From: Carcharhinus longimanus
Lineage: Eukaryota
Direction: 5' to 3'
DNA length: 64,000 nt
NCBI GenBank assembly: GCA_030264375.1
Contig: JASCQW010000190.1
Location: 43,278,870 to 43,342,869, forward strand
Shown here: positions 1-11,874 of the stretch, in pieces
Position numbering within the stretch: position 1 is the first letter of the stretch
How the letters are laid out: the number at the start of each line of letters is the position of its first letter
Notes under the pieces: model-generated
Database searches by the model: none
The model's input: only the letters and a program-made list of their open reading frames with translations
What the model was told of the DNA's origin: nothing
Position numbers and translations under genes: made by a program

Positions 1-356
1 TTATGGCTCCCTCAGAATTGAATAGGCCAACAGTCACTGTCAAAGTGCACATAATCGCTATCTGGACAAGATATCAGAAAGCAACTGGAATATAACTAAG
101 TTCAGCAAGTTGCCAACATGTTGGTGGGTGGGGAGGAGCGGCTGGAGAGAGGAGTTGTTTTTAAATGCATTGCAATACAATGCAGGATATAGAGAATCCT
201 AGTGAAAACATTTGACAATGTTACATTTATGTTCCTGATGGAGGGAAACTCCCTTAATAAATGTACATTTCTGATAACTTCAGTTATAAGGAAAAGGCTT
301 ATGTAGCACGCACACACACACAGAGGCTTGAATTACTCCGTTTCTATTCAGCTCAC

Positions 357-408
357 CTTGACTGTATACTGACACCTACCTTTTGTGAATCATCAGCTGG
401 AGAAGGAT
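357..408 (-). other. Probable short exon with two alternative donors (29 or 52 nt)
   Basis: Acceptor aaatcacag|ATCC at 408; donors AAG|GTAGGT (380) and AAG|GTGAGC (357). The phase-1 frame reads DPSPADDSQK(VGVSIQS). Confidence 0.4.
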
Positions 409-1176
409 CTGTGATTTTTACAGCCTCAAGGAACAAAAACTCACCCCACCGTCACACCGACGCGCACCGCCCTTGCCCTGCGGTTGTGTGACTACCTTCA
501 TACACACACACATCTGCCAAGATGTGGAAGCTTCTCCTTTCCCACAGCGCCAAACCTCCCAGCAGAGAAACTTACAAAAACTATAATCCCCAAGCTAGCT
601 TCATCCAGGCACGAAATACCAAACGGGACAAGAAATGTATCAACTATGTGTTTGGGGGGGGNNNNNNCACAGTGCTCGAAAATAACTGATACTATTCTCT
701 GTTAGATTTACTCATCAGAACAAATGTAAAACAGAGGCAGAAGAAAATACAATGTCTCTGATTTCAAGAGCCGAGCAACCCCACCTTTCCAACATGTACC
801 TTGCCACTGAAGGCTGCTGCCCGCTCTGGTTGAATGTGGTTAGGATCGGGAACCTCTTTGAGCACAGAGAGATCGGGGTTGATCTCCTCTCGGACAAGAG
901 CGGGACAAACTCTGTAAAATCAGGCCCCGGGTTTTTAAAAACAGAAAGCTCTCCGCCCCCCCCCCCCTCCCCCCCAAGGTAGAAGTAGACCTTTGGCTTC
1001 TGATATATGATTTACAACAACACAAGCAGCAATCTGGATAGACTTTCCTTGAACCGCCAGTGAGGATCCTTCTTCAGCCGGCAACACAAGAGAGAGAAAA
1101 AAAGGATTCCGATGCTAACCCTTTCAGACACGGTATCACTAGAGCAGTCACATATACACACACACACAGCACTCAC

Positions 1177-1270
1177 CAAGTAGTTCATCATCGCTTCTTC
1201 TTTCATTCCGTGATGTGAAAAGCACTCCAGACACCCCAGTCCCTGAAAACCAAGCTCCTTCACCACTCTC
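1177..1270 (-). other. Probable 5' exon of an unidentified minus-strand gene that continues left of the window
   Basis: Consensus donor TTG|GTGAGT at 1177/1176 in unique sequence just downstream of promoter motifs. Could encode MKEEAMMNYL (ATG 1206) or, in another frame, ...RNERRSDDELL. Confidence 0.5.
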
Positions 1271-1299
1271 CTGCAGTGTGTTTAAAAGTTTAATACATC

Positions 1300-1460
1300 A
1301 TCCAGTAGTGTGACCTCACTTGCGTGGTATGAAGTCCTGGGAGCTGCCTTTGCGAGCTGCACTGACTGGGAGGGAATGCTCGGGAGGTAATCTTATACTT
1401 TCCATGGATTCAGACAGACTCCCGAGGCCCCTGACTGCAATCCGATTGGTCACAGTCAGC
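1300..1460 (-). promoter_or_regulatory. Putative promoter: NF-Y CCAAT box, CRE-like/nuclear-receptor half-site and XRE core
   Basis: Minus-strand GACCAATCGG (1442-1451) matches the NF-Y consensus. TGACCTCA at 1311-1318 and TTGCGTG (TNGCGTG) at 1320-1326. All lie directly upstream of the 1177 exon. Confidence 0.4.
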
Positions 1461-1625
1461 CTTTTCATTTAAATGAGCTTCCACTTAAAAAGACTATTGA
1501 TTGTAAGAGAACTCTGCCGCTGAATGGCGCTGTGTGGAACTAACAGCACAAAGAGGAGTGCTCTCTATAAGGAGACAGTATCCTGTCTCTCTACACCACT
1601 ACCCCCATCTAATAATCTGACAAAT

Positions 1626-1692
1626 AGGGGGTTTCACAGTAACTTCATTGCAGTGTTAATGTAAGCGTACTTGTGACTAATAAATAAACTTT
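1626..1692 (+). mobile_element. V-SINE alternative-tail 3' fragment
   Basis: tttcacagtaacttcattgcagtgttaatgtaagc..ttgtgactaataaataaac, the same tail as the full copies. Confidence 0.8.
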
Positions 1693-1834
1693 AGGATTTG
1701 AGGGGGCTCTATGGTATGAAATTTAAAAAGCATCTCACCTTTGCTTTACACACTTTATAGCTCAACACATTGAATCTATTGCCCAAATAACCGTACGTGG
1801 GCAATGGCAGTGCCAAAAACCTGATTCACCCTAA

Positions 1835-1930
1835 GGGCACAGTAAGAAGTCTCACAACACAAGGTTAAAGTCCAACAGGTTTATTTGGTATCATGAGCTT
1901 TCAGAGCACTGCTCCTTCATCAGGTGAGTG
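1835..1930 (-). mobile_element. Penelope-like element terminal repeat fragment
   Basis: cacagtaagaagtctcacaacac..gtccaacaggtttatttgg..; the same family appears at 10272-10378 and 42839-42870; carries a hammerhead motif. Confidence 0.7.
1891..1926 (-). ncRNA. Minimal type-I hammerhead ribozyme motif (degenerate)
   Basis: Minus strand CAC-CTGATGA-A-GGAGC(AGT)GCTCT-GAAA-GCTC-ATGA: catalytic boxes CUGAUGA and GAAA flanking a stem II hairpin. Confidence 0.65.
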
Positions 1931-2017
1931 ATCCTAAAGGCACCACAACATTTATTAGAAAGTGTAAATAATGGGCTTAGACTCAGTTGTGATGGGCCAA
2001 ATGGTCCCCATCCTCCT

Positions 2018-2320
2018 AGAATCATAGAATCCTACAGTGCAGAAGGAGGCCATTCAGCCCATCAAGTCTGCACCAAACACAGACCCTATTCCTGTGGCCC
2101 CTTATATTTATCTTGCAAATCACCCTGACACTGAGGTGGCCAAATTAACCTAACCCACACATCTTTGGACCGTGGAAGAAAACTGGAGCACCTGGAGGAA
2201 ACCTACATAGACACGGGGAGAGTGTGCAAACTCCACACTGACAGTGACCCAAGACAGTAATTGAACCTGAGCCCCTTTTGCTGTGAGGCAATAGTGCTAA
2301 CCACTGTGCCACCATGTCGC
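2018..2320 (-). mobile_element. HE1-type V-SINE
   Basis: tRNA-like head GGTGGCACAGTGGTTAGCAC, V-domain TGTGGAGTTTGCAC..TCTCCCCGTGTCT, tail GGCCTCCTTCTGCACTGTAGGATTCTATG. Confidence 0.9.
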
Positions 2321-3174
2321 GCTGTTTTGTATGATTCTGATTTTTGGGAAAATACCAGAGAACAACCAGTGCTTGGTGACAGCACACCACGGTGTGTAGC
2401 CTTACCCACTGGGAAGTAAAGAGAGTTTTCATTTCCTTGTCTGTCTTGGCCTATCTCAGAAGCTTCATGTATCACTGCAGTGATCCCTGTCTGAGTGCCT
2501 GAGAGGCTTACATCTTTCCTTTTGCCAATTTTCTTCTCTCATTGCTGTAATGTCCTTCCACAAACACTGCTCATCCTTACCCAAGAATCATACAGAACTG
2601 AAGGAGGCCATTCAGCCCATCATAAAAATGGCTGTTTTGGGCATATGTAGATGAAAGTCTAAAAGGTAAACATCAACAAGCTATTTGGCTTGACAGAGTG
2701 TGTGGGGGGTGTGATGAGGAGTGGCTTCGCAGCCTAATCTCTTTTTCTTGTCTGTCAGCCACACATAGGCACTTCCAGCAAGTGTGGGGCAGTGATCAGG
2801 ATAATTTAGTTTATTTTGTCTTTCACAGTCAAAAGAACGTTGAAGACCCCAAATCATCATGAATCCCCACAGACTCAGCAGGTCCAGGCATTGAAACTCG
2901 GTCTTCATTTCTATAAGGTTCAAAACTTCAGTCAAGCCTTAGTGAACTTCACTTAGCAAGAGTTTACTCCACAGCTCCATCACTGATTCCACTCCTTCAC
3001 TCTGTGCCATCAAATTAACATTGAAATATCAGATGTCCTCCATAATCCATCCCTTGCATCTTTTATTCATTGTGTCTCAAATCCAACCCCCTTCCCCCAC
3101 CTTCCCACTGCCCCAGTACCTCACCATAGTCCAAAAGACGTGCTGGTTTGGCACACTGTCCAGAGAGTCATCAA

Positions 3175-3553
3175 TATAGGAGCAAAATTAGGCCATCTGG
3201 CCCATCAGGTCTACTTCACGATTCAATCATGGCTGATATGATTCTCATCCCCATTCTCCTGCCTTCTCCCCGTAACCCTTAATATCCTTATAGATCAAGA
3301 ACCTATCCAACTCTTTCTTAAAGACACGCAAAGACCTGGCTTCCACAGCCCTCTGTGGCAATGAGTTCCACAGATTCACCACCCTCAGACTGAAGAAATT
3401 CCTCCTCATCTCAATTTTAAAGAAACGTGCCTTCACTCTGAGATTGTGCCCTTGAGTTCTAGTCTCTCCCACTCATGGAAACATCCTCTCCAAGTCTACT
3501 CTATCTAGGCCTCTTGGGATTCTGTAAGTTTCAGTTAGATATCCCCTTATCAT
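3175..3553 (-). mobile_element. CR1/HER1 LINE 3' fragment
   Basis: ORF2 C-terminal motif TRGHNL..MRRNFFSLRVVNLWNSLPQRAVEA. Confidence 0.9.
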
Positions 3554-4370
3554 NNNNNNNNNNNNNNNNNNNNNNNNNNNNNNNNNNNNNNNNNNNNNNN
3601 NNNNNNNNNNNNNNNNNNNNNNNNNNNNNNNNNNNNNNNNNNNNNNNNNNNNNNNNNNNNNNNNNNNNNNNNNNNNNNNNNNNNNNNNNNNNNNNNNNNN
3701 NNNNNNNNNNNNNNNNNNNNNNNNNNNNNNNNNNNNNNNNNNNNNNNNNNNNNNNNNNNNNNNNNNNNNNNNNNNNNNNNNNNNNNNNNNNNNNNNNNNN
3801 NNNNNNNNNNNNNNNNNNNNNNNNNNNNNNNNNNNNNNNNNNNNNNNNNNNNNNNNNNNNNNNNNNNNNNNNNNNNNNNNNNNNNNNNNNNNNNNNNNNN
3901 NNNNNNNNNNNNNNNNNNNNNNNNNNNNNNNNNNNNNNNNNNNNNNNNNNNNNNNNNNNNNNNNNNNNNNNNNNNNNNNNNNNNNNNNNNNNNNNNNNNN
4001 NNNNNNNNNNNNNNNNNNNNNNNNNNNNNNNNNNNNNNNNNNNNNNNNNNNNNNNNNNNNNNNNNNNNNNNNNNNNNNNNNNNNNNNNNNNNNNNNNNNN
4101 NNNNNNNNNNNNNNNNNNNNNNNNNNNNNNNNNNNNNNNNNNNNNNNNNNNNNNNNNNNNNNNNNNNNNNNNNNNNNNNNNNNNNNNNNNNNNNNNNNNN
4201 NNNNNNNNNNNNNNNNNNNNNNNNNNNNNNNNNNNNNNNNNNNNNNNNNNNNNNNNNNNNNNNNNNNNNNNNNNNNNNNNNNNNNNNNNNNNNNNNNNNN
4301 NNNNNNNNNNNNNNNNNNNNNNNNNNNNNNNNNNNNNNNNNNNNNNNNNNNNNNNNNNNNNNNNNNNNNN
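3554..4370. other. Assembly gap (817 N); several smaller gaps elsewhere, many of exactly 100 N
   Basis: Runs of N. Confidence 1.
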
Positions 4371-4611
4371 NAATTATCCACCATATACCAAATCAAATCA
4401 AAAAATAGACAAGTAACAAACTGAAGAATTTGCTGGATGTATTGGGGTACAATAGTGAGTTTTCTTGTAAATCAAAAAAAAGCATTCAAAATTTTAAGAA
4501 TATGTCTAAAGAGCCAGTTTAATATTCAGAGCCTCATCAAAGGCCCACAAAAATGTACAATTAGCAGAAGTTCCCAATGACAATTAATTCTTCCTTAGGG
4601 GAGAGGCGGTT

Positions 4612-4942
4612 TTTTAAAAATTCATTTGTGGGACATGGTTATCACTGTCTGGCCAGCATTTATTGCCCCTCCCTAGTTGCCTGAAGGCAGTTGAGAACCA
4701 ACCACATTGCTGTGGCTTTGGAGCCACATGTAGTCCAAACTAGGTAAGGACGTCAGATTTCCTACCCTAAAGGACATTAGCGAACCAGGTGGATTTTTCC
4801 AACAATTGGCAGTGGTTTCATGGTCATCAGTACATACTTAATTCCAGATATTATTTATTGAATACAAATTGCACCATCTACCATAGTGAGATTTGAAGGT
4901 TCCTAGAACATTAGTGATAATACCACTGGCCCATCGCCTCCT
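4612..4942 (-). mobile_element. tRNA-headed SINE with L2-group (Crack/L2B-like) LINE tail
   Basis: Reverse complement of the 20759 family; tail GGGCAATAAATGCTGGCCAG..CCC. Confidence 0.75.
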
Positions 4943-6039
4943 CAGTTTAGTCCATGGTGCCAGCTTCTTGTGCCATACATTTTAAACCAGCTCAAAAGGT
5001 GGTGGAAACCTGAATTGTGCTGAACATAATTTGCATTTAAAACTCCATAAGCATTTGTACCAATTGCCAGCATGATGCGCCGCAGGAGAACAGTGCCAGA
5101 GAGAGGAATCGCTACTCCCACCATCTCCAGCTCCACCTTTGAAGCTGGAAATGTTTCCCATCCAGTACAATTCAATAACTCGTACTTCTCCAGATCAAGA
5201 CGAAGAGCAAATAGGCAAAATTTACTAGCCAATTAGGGCAGAAAGGAAATATGGGATTGGAGCTTGCTGTTGGTAAAATCCTATATTTAGAATCAAAACT
5301 TTTCCAACATGGAAATTTAAGATGTGGAAATATTTAAAGCGTAATTGGGACTGGCCATACATTTAATTTTGCTACTGATTTAGAATTAATCTGAGCCCTC
5401 CTTGCAAACACAGTCTTTAATCTCTTATAAATGGTAAAAGCTGTCCCTGACCACAGCTGCAGCACTACCAATCAAAAAAGCATCACGACAGCTCACATGG
5501 CCCCGTTCTGTCACAATTTTGTGTGATGCTGGGAAAGCAAGCCGACAGTCTTCTGAATACCTAGAGCAGTGTGTCAGAATGCTGATAAGACCATCTTGTC
5601 AGGCTTCAAACCCCCTTGGGTTTCCACAGCTCATCCTCTGTTTTTTTCCTCTCTCGATACTCCATATAGCTCCAGCCATTATTTAAAATAATGCCTAGGA
5701 CAGGGAATTAATGTTGACTGCTGCTGACACGCTGTGACCTGCCTGAAAAACTGTAATGTTTAAGGTGAAATCCACACTAAATACACACCATTTGCAAATA
5801 CATGTATTGGCATCTCCATTACTGTAGAAGCTGCAGAATTTTCCGTCATAAAATTTTACTTTTTTTGTGCTGATTGCATCGGGAATTTAATTTATGATTT
5901 TTTTTGATAAGCAAATGCTCTGCCTGTCTCTCAGGTAAGAATCAAACAGGAGCAGGAAGGCTTCTTCCTGACATCCACTTAGTTTAAAAAACAAGGTATC
6001 AATTTAGGCCGACATCTGGGTCATCATCGTCAGCTGCCC

Positions 6040-6430
6040 AAATCATGCAAAAGGAACCTTGGCATCATTTTGATGAAAAGCAGGGGAGATCTCCCTCATG
6101 CCATGTCCAATATTTATCTCTCAAGCAATATAACAAACTTTGGGCAGAATTTTACTGTCCTGCCACCAGGGGAATTGTGACAAAGACCATGCAAAGGTCC
6201 ATTGACCTCGGGCAGGATTTTCCCGCCTTGGGATGAGTGTGGCTGGAAAATCCTGCCTATTCTCTGGTCCTTACTACAATGTGGCATGTTGGATCTTGCT
6301 GTGCACAAACTGGATGTCATGGTTCCAAGAATACAACAATAACAACATTTTAAAAGTACTTAATTGGTAGTAAAGTGTTTTGGGCCATCCTTTGCTTAAA
6401 CAGATGCTATATAAAGCCAGTCTTTCTATC
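6040..6430 (+). mobile_element. SacSINE1/DeuSINE-like fragment interrupted by a MITE
   Basis: Deu-domain-like CCAATATTTATC.CTCAA, ATCTTGCTGTGCACAAA, and tail AAAAGTACTTAATTGG..CTATATAAAGCCAGTCTTTC. Confidence 0.65.
6142..6258. mobile_element. MITE with GGGCRGRATTTT terminal inverted repeats
   Basis: gggcagaattttac...ggaaaatcctgcct. Confidence 0.7.
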
Positions 6431-6449
6431 ATTTTGTTTTTAAAATCGA

Positions 6450-6815
6450 TATTTGATTTGATTTATTATTGTCACATGTACTGGCATACAGTGAAAAGTA
6501 TTGTTTCTTGTGAGTTATACAGACAAAGCATACTATTCGTAGAGTACATAGGGGAGAGGGAACATGCAGAATGTAGTGTTACCATCATAGCTAGGGTCAA
6601 GGGAAAGATCAGCTTAAATATGGTAAGTCCATTAAAAGTCTAATGGCAACAGGGAAGAAGCTGTTTTTGAAACGATTGGTACATGATCTCAGACTTATGT
6701 ATCTTTTTCCCAATGGGAGAAGGTGGAAGTGAGTACGTCTGGGGTGCGTGGGGTCCTTGGTTATGCTGGCTGCTTTTCCAAGGCAGCTGAAGATGTATAC
6801 AGAGTCAATGGATAG
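6450..6815 (-). mobile_element. Rex1/Babar-like LINE 3' fragment
   Basis: ORF remnant CLGKAASITKDPTHP..HLLPLGKRY.SLRSCTNRFKNSFFPVAIRLL; 3' end ..gtgacaataataaatcaaatcaaa. Confidence 0.8.
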
Positions 6816-6819
6816 AACG

Positions 6820-7465
6820 AAGAACAAAGAAAATTACAGCACAGGAACAGGCCCTTCGGCCCTCCAAGCCTGCACCAACCATGCTGCCCAATTTAACTAA
6901 AACCCCCTACCCTTCTGGGGATCATATCCCTCTATTCCCATCCTATTTGTGTACTTGTCAAGATGCCCCTTAGAAGTCACTACCATATCCACTTCCACTA
7001 CCTCCTCCAGCAATGAATTCCAGGCACCCAATACTCTGTGTAAAAAATCTGCCTCGTACATCTCCTTTAAACCTTGCCCCTCGCACCTTAAATCTATGCC
7101 GCCTAGTAAGGCTAAAATAATGACTCTTCCGCCCTGGGAAAAAGCTTCTGACTATCCACTCTGTCCATGCCTCTCATAATCTTGTAGACTTCTATCANNN
7201 NNNNNNNNNNNNNNNNNNNNNNNNNNNNNNNNNNNNNNNNNNNNNNNNNNNNNNNNNNNNNNNNNNNNNNNNNNNNNNNNNNNNNNNNNNNNNNNNNGAA
7301 AAAGCTTCTGACTATCCACTCTGTCCATGCCTCTCATAATCTTGTAGACTTCTATCAGGTCTCTCCTCAACCTCTGTCACTCCAGTGAGAACAAACCAAG
7401 TTTCTCCAACTCGCCTCATAGCTAATGCCCTCCATACCAGGCAACTCCTGGTAAATCTTTTCTGA
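6820..7465 (-). mobile_element. CR1/HER1 LINE 3' fragment spanning a gap
   Basis: RRDLIEVYKIMRGMDRVDSQKLF motif and CR1-type 3' tail. Confidence 0.85.
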
Positions 7466-7499
7466 TGGTTAGTATATATGGGTAGTAGAGCCTATATGG

Positions 7500-9960
7500 T
7501 TAGAAATGGCCTAGCAAGTCACTTAGTTGTAACAAGCCAGTAAAATGTCTAAAAGGAATGAAACCAAATGGACCATCTGGCATCAACCTACACACCAGAA
7601 ACAACAGCATCAAACCCATCCCTGTTGACCCTGCAAAATTCTCCTTATGAGCATCTTGGGGTTTTGACAAAATTAGGAGAGCTGTCCCACAGACTTGTCA
7701 AGCAGACCTAACATAGCCATACTGACAGAATCACACCATTCAATGCTCCACCACCATGATGCCTAGCTATGTGCTGTGCCATCAACACAACAGATCTAAT
7801 AGGGGCGGCAGCAGAGGGGAAGTCCACATCATTGATTTCAGGCCACATGAAGTCTCATGGCACCAGGTCAAACATGGACAAGGAAACCTACTGTACTGCC
7901 CTCCCCGACCCCCAATATTCCTCCAAGTTAACACCATTTGGAGGAGTCATTGAGGGTGGCAAGGAGACAGAATGTAATCTGGGCGAAAAGCCTCAATGTC
8001 CATCACTAAGAGTTGCTCGGTAATACCACAACTGACCAAGCTGGCCAGGTCTTAAAAGGACAGAGCTGCTAGACTGGGTATTGGTAGGAGTGACGCAGCA
8101 AAATCCTTATGGAGAGGAACTCCCATTTTCACATCAAGGAAACCCTCCATCATGTTTTGTGGCATTACCACCAAGCTAAATGGATTTCAAAAAGATCTAA
8201 CAACTCAAACCCTGGCATTCTATGATTCTATGATGATGATCCATGAGGTGCTGTGGGCCATCAGCAACAGCAGAATTGTATTCAACCGTAATCTATAACC
8301 TCATGGCCCGGCATATCCCCATTCCGGCATTACCATCAAACCAGGGATCACTCCTGGTTCAATGAAGAGTGCAGGAGGGCATGCCAGGAGCAACACAAGA
8401 CATACCTAAAAATGAGCTGTCAACCTGGTGAAGCTACAACACAGGACAACTTGCATGTCAAAAAGCATAAACAGCAAGGGACTTGCTGAGTAATTCTACA
8501 ATCAACAGACTAGATCTAAACTCTCTAGACCTGCCACACCCAGTCATGAATGATACATAACTCATTCCAAAAACATCCCCCATCCTCAGTGCTGGAGAAG
8601 TCCAGCACATCAATGCATATGATAAGGCGGAAATATTCACAACAATTTTCAGCCAGAAATTTTCAGCTGAATGAGAATCCATCTCAGCCTCCTCTGGAGG
8701 CCTCTAACATCACAGATGCCAGTCTTCAGTCAACTTGATTCATTCCTCAGGATACCAATAAATGGTTGAAGGCATTAGATAATGCCAAGCCTATGGGGTC
8801 CTGTTAATATTCCAGCAATACTTCTGAAGTCTTGTGCTCCAGAACTCGCTTCACCCCTCAACAAGCTGTTCCAGCACAGCTATGACACTGACATCTATCC
8901 AGTAATGTGGAAAATTGCTGCATTTGAATGGTGGCACACTGGTTAGCACTGCTGCCTCACAGCGCCAGTGACCAGGGTTCGATTCCTGAATCAGAGGAAA
9001 AATTGACCATCTAGCACAAAAGAAGATAGTTAGTTGGAGGTCAATCATTTTAGTTCCAGGACATCACTGCAAGAGTTCCTCAGGGTAGTGTCCAAGGTCC
9101 AACTATCCTTAGCTGCTTCATCAATGACCTTCCTTCCATCATAAGGTCACAATGACTGCACAATGTTCAGTAGCATTCGTGACTCTTCAGCTATTGAAAC
9201 AGTCCATGTTTGCTTTTGTTTATTTATTAGTGTCACAAGTAGGCTTACATTAACACTGCAATGAAGTTACTGTGAAAATCCTCTAGTCGCCACANNNNNN
9301 NNNNNNNNNNNNNNNNNNNNNNNNNNNNNNAGCATGGCCAATGCACCTAACCAGCATGTCCTTTGGACTGTGGGAGAAAACCAGAACACCCAGAGGAAAC
9401 CCACACAGACACAGGGAGAATGTGCAGACTCTGCACAGACAGTGACCCAAGTCAGGAATTGAACCAGGTCCCTGGGGCTGTGAGGCAGCAGTGCTAACCA
9501 CTGTGTCGCCATTCAAATGCAGCAAGACCTGGACAATATCCAGGCTTCGGCTGACAAGTGGCAAGTAACACACATGCTGCACAAGTGCCAAGCAATGACC
9601 ATCTCCAACAAGAGAGGATTTAACTATCGTCACTGCTTGCCATTCAATGTCATTACCACTGCTGAATGCCCCACTATCAACATCCTGGAGGTTACCATTA
9701 ACCGGAAACTGAAACAGACAAGCCACATAAATACTGGGGCTACAAGAAAAGGTCAGAGGCTGGGAATCTTGTGGTGAGTACCCACCCCCAACTCCTCAAA
9801 GCCCCCTATCAACAGGGCACAAGCCAGGAGTGTAATGGAATAATCCCTGCTTGCCTGGATGGGTGCAGCTCCAACACCACCTAAGAAACTTGACACCATC
9901 CAGGACAAAGCAGCCTGCCTGATTGGCACTCCTTCCACAAACATTCACTCCCTCCACCAC
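7500..9960 (+). mobile_element. Degraded, internally deleted L2-group (Crack/L2B-like) LINE with endonuclease and RT remnants
   Basis: Remnants ..KLGELSHRLVKQ.. (endonuclease N-terminus), GVPQGSV-like gttcctcagggtagtgtc, MQQDLDNIQA.ADKWQV, KLDTIQDKAACLIGTPSTNIHSLHH; interrupted by SINEs. Confidence 0.8.
9219..9510 (-). mobile_element. V-SINE, alternative tail, nested in the LINE
   Basis: HE1-like head and V-domain with ..TCACAGTAACTTCATTGCAG.. tail. Confidence 0.9.
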
Positions 9961-10271
9961 CATATAATTATTTTATATGGTGGATTTTTAAAAACAAAAT
10001 CAACAAAATCACAACAGTGTATTTCACACAGGAGGAAATTATTGGTTCAGCCTTTGGCTCATCCAACTATATGCTCTCTCTTAAAATGAATTTATAAAAT
10101 CACTTTTCAAATTTAATAACCTCAGACCGTTCTATTTCCCCTCTATAAAGCCTTCACATTTATCTGACACACTCAATGTTTGTTCCACCTTTCTGCTTAA
10201 CAAATATCATCCAATTGCTCATTTAGATATAATTCCTTGCCTTGATTGGATGCCCTGTGGTTGTCGAATTC

Positions 10272-10378
10272 ATGATGTGGGAATGCCGGCGTTGGACTGG
10301 CGTAAACACAGTAAAAAGTCTGACAACACCAGGTTTGTCGGTTGGACTAAAACCTGGTGTTGTCAGACTTTTTACTGT
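10272..10378. mobile_element. Miniature Penelope-like insertion with 29-bp perfect inverted repeat and 12-bp TSD
   Basis: Arms 10308-10336 and 10350-10378; flanks gttgtcgaattc and gttgtagaattc. Confidence 0.75.
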
Positions 10379-11874
10379 TGTAGAATTCTGCATGCAGCAG
10401 AAAATCGTACTCATTTCCAATTTACTGAACGTCTCCATAATTTTCAAAACTATCAGGAAAATCCTGATATCAGTTCACACAATGATTCTTTAGCCATTAT
10501 TTAACCCTGTACAGTAACAAAATGTACACTTCTGAACACAAGGGGCCAAAACTGAAAGCCAGGTGGTGTTCAATTTCAAAAACTGAATGGAAATTCTACA
10601 CCCCCCCTTTGTAAAGTGGAAACCGGAGAGACAGTGGGAGGCAAAGGCAATACTGAACAGCTTCATAGCTTGAAATAGTAACTCCACGATGAGGAGACGC
10701 CAGATTTTGTGCGGTGTTATCAGTGATCTTCCTGGAATTTCAGCCAGAGGGCCACCTCTCTGATGTTTTCCCCAAAGTTATTGCAGAAGGCCAGTGGCAA
10801 CCTTGTGGAATTAGTGGCTCTCTGGCCTATCGTACGAAGGTTGCCTTTAGAGAGCCTGGATGATGCATTGCCAGTGTACAGCAGCTGCCACATGATTCAT
10901 CTCTTCCCATGTAACACCGCTGAAAGGTTCTGTTTGCAAGCCATTAATTCCAGATGGCCATGTCCTTTTAAATGCATTTCGAAGTCCCCTGCAGTAACCA
11001 TGGGCACTTAACAGCACTCGGTGATAGGTATGACAGAATTTACCGAGAACTGAGTAGCAAGTAGTCATCCAAATTACTCCATTGTAGCCACCAGTTCCAT
11101 ATTTTGTAAAAGCCCATGGAATGCACTTTTCATTTATTTAATCTTCTAACCAAATATTCAACTCAGAATGAACTTGAAGAGCTAGCATTGCACTTAGCCA
11201 ACACTGTATATGACCTCCATTAATTCAGTTACGGAGAATTGTCAATGTTTTCCCCAGGGAGTCTCAACAGGAGATGTCCTTCACAATGGGTTTTCCTGGG
11301 AAAATGCATTCTTTTAAACAGACTCTTTCTCCTCGGTTTACAGTCAGATTTCCTCTTAACATTAACAAGGAAATGAAGAAAAACGACCACTTCGCTTTTT
11401 GTTATGGTGATTACATTTCAAACCAGTAGTTTCAGCATATTGCTTGGAGTATATAGAATCTAAAAATAGAAGTACTTTTTTAAATGAAACTCAAATCCTA
11501 CAGTTTTATTTAGCCAGATGTAAATGGATGCAGATTAAATTGCTACCTTACAGAAATTTATTTTTCCCCGTTGCATTATAAACATTTCATCAACATAAAA
11601 GCAATCTTCATTTAAAGAAATTATCTTTCCCCCATACTGTTGCACACCCTTCTCAAAGAACAGTATGAAATTCTTCAGCCACTGTTTCTGACATACAGCA
11701 ACATCCTGCTTGCCTTCAAGGAGCTAGATCAGTTCTTGGTTGGAGCAGAGGTCATATTAGATGCAAGGCCTTTATATATGACACTTGGTCTAGACTGGAC
11801 CAGATAAATTCTGATGGGGTTTGGACAGGAATCTTCCAGAGTATTTTTTTTCTTTACTGCCCTTGGGTTTGATA

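Noticed and set aside
357-1206. Resemblance to IL-1beta exons 2-3 (EAMMNY, 52-nt next exon)
   Set aside because: Intron phases do not fit: the MKEEAMMNYL frame hits a stop in the 52-nt exon, and the similarity is only a few residues.
3473-4416. ORFs of 307 and 313 aa
   Set aside because: Almost entirely N-gap.
4942-5232. 96-aa minus ORF in unique sequence
   Set aside because: No convincing splice sites or recognisable domain; length is compatible with chance.
7138-7357. Identical 60-bp direct repeat flanking a 100-N gap
   Set aside because: Typical unmerged contig overlap, so an assembly artefact.
8930-8988. tRNA-like sequence with A and B boxes (also at every SINE head)
   Set aside because: SINE head fragment; no complete cloverleaf.
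10690-11070. Unique, coding-looking stretch with short ORFs on both strands
   Set aside because: No long open frame, no clear splice pair and no recognisable motif.
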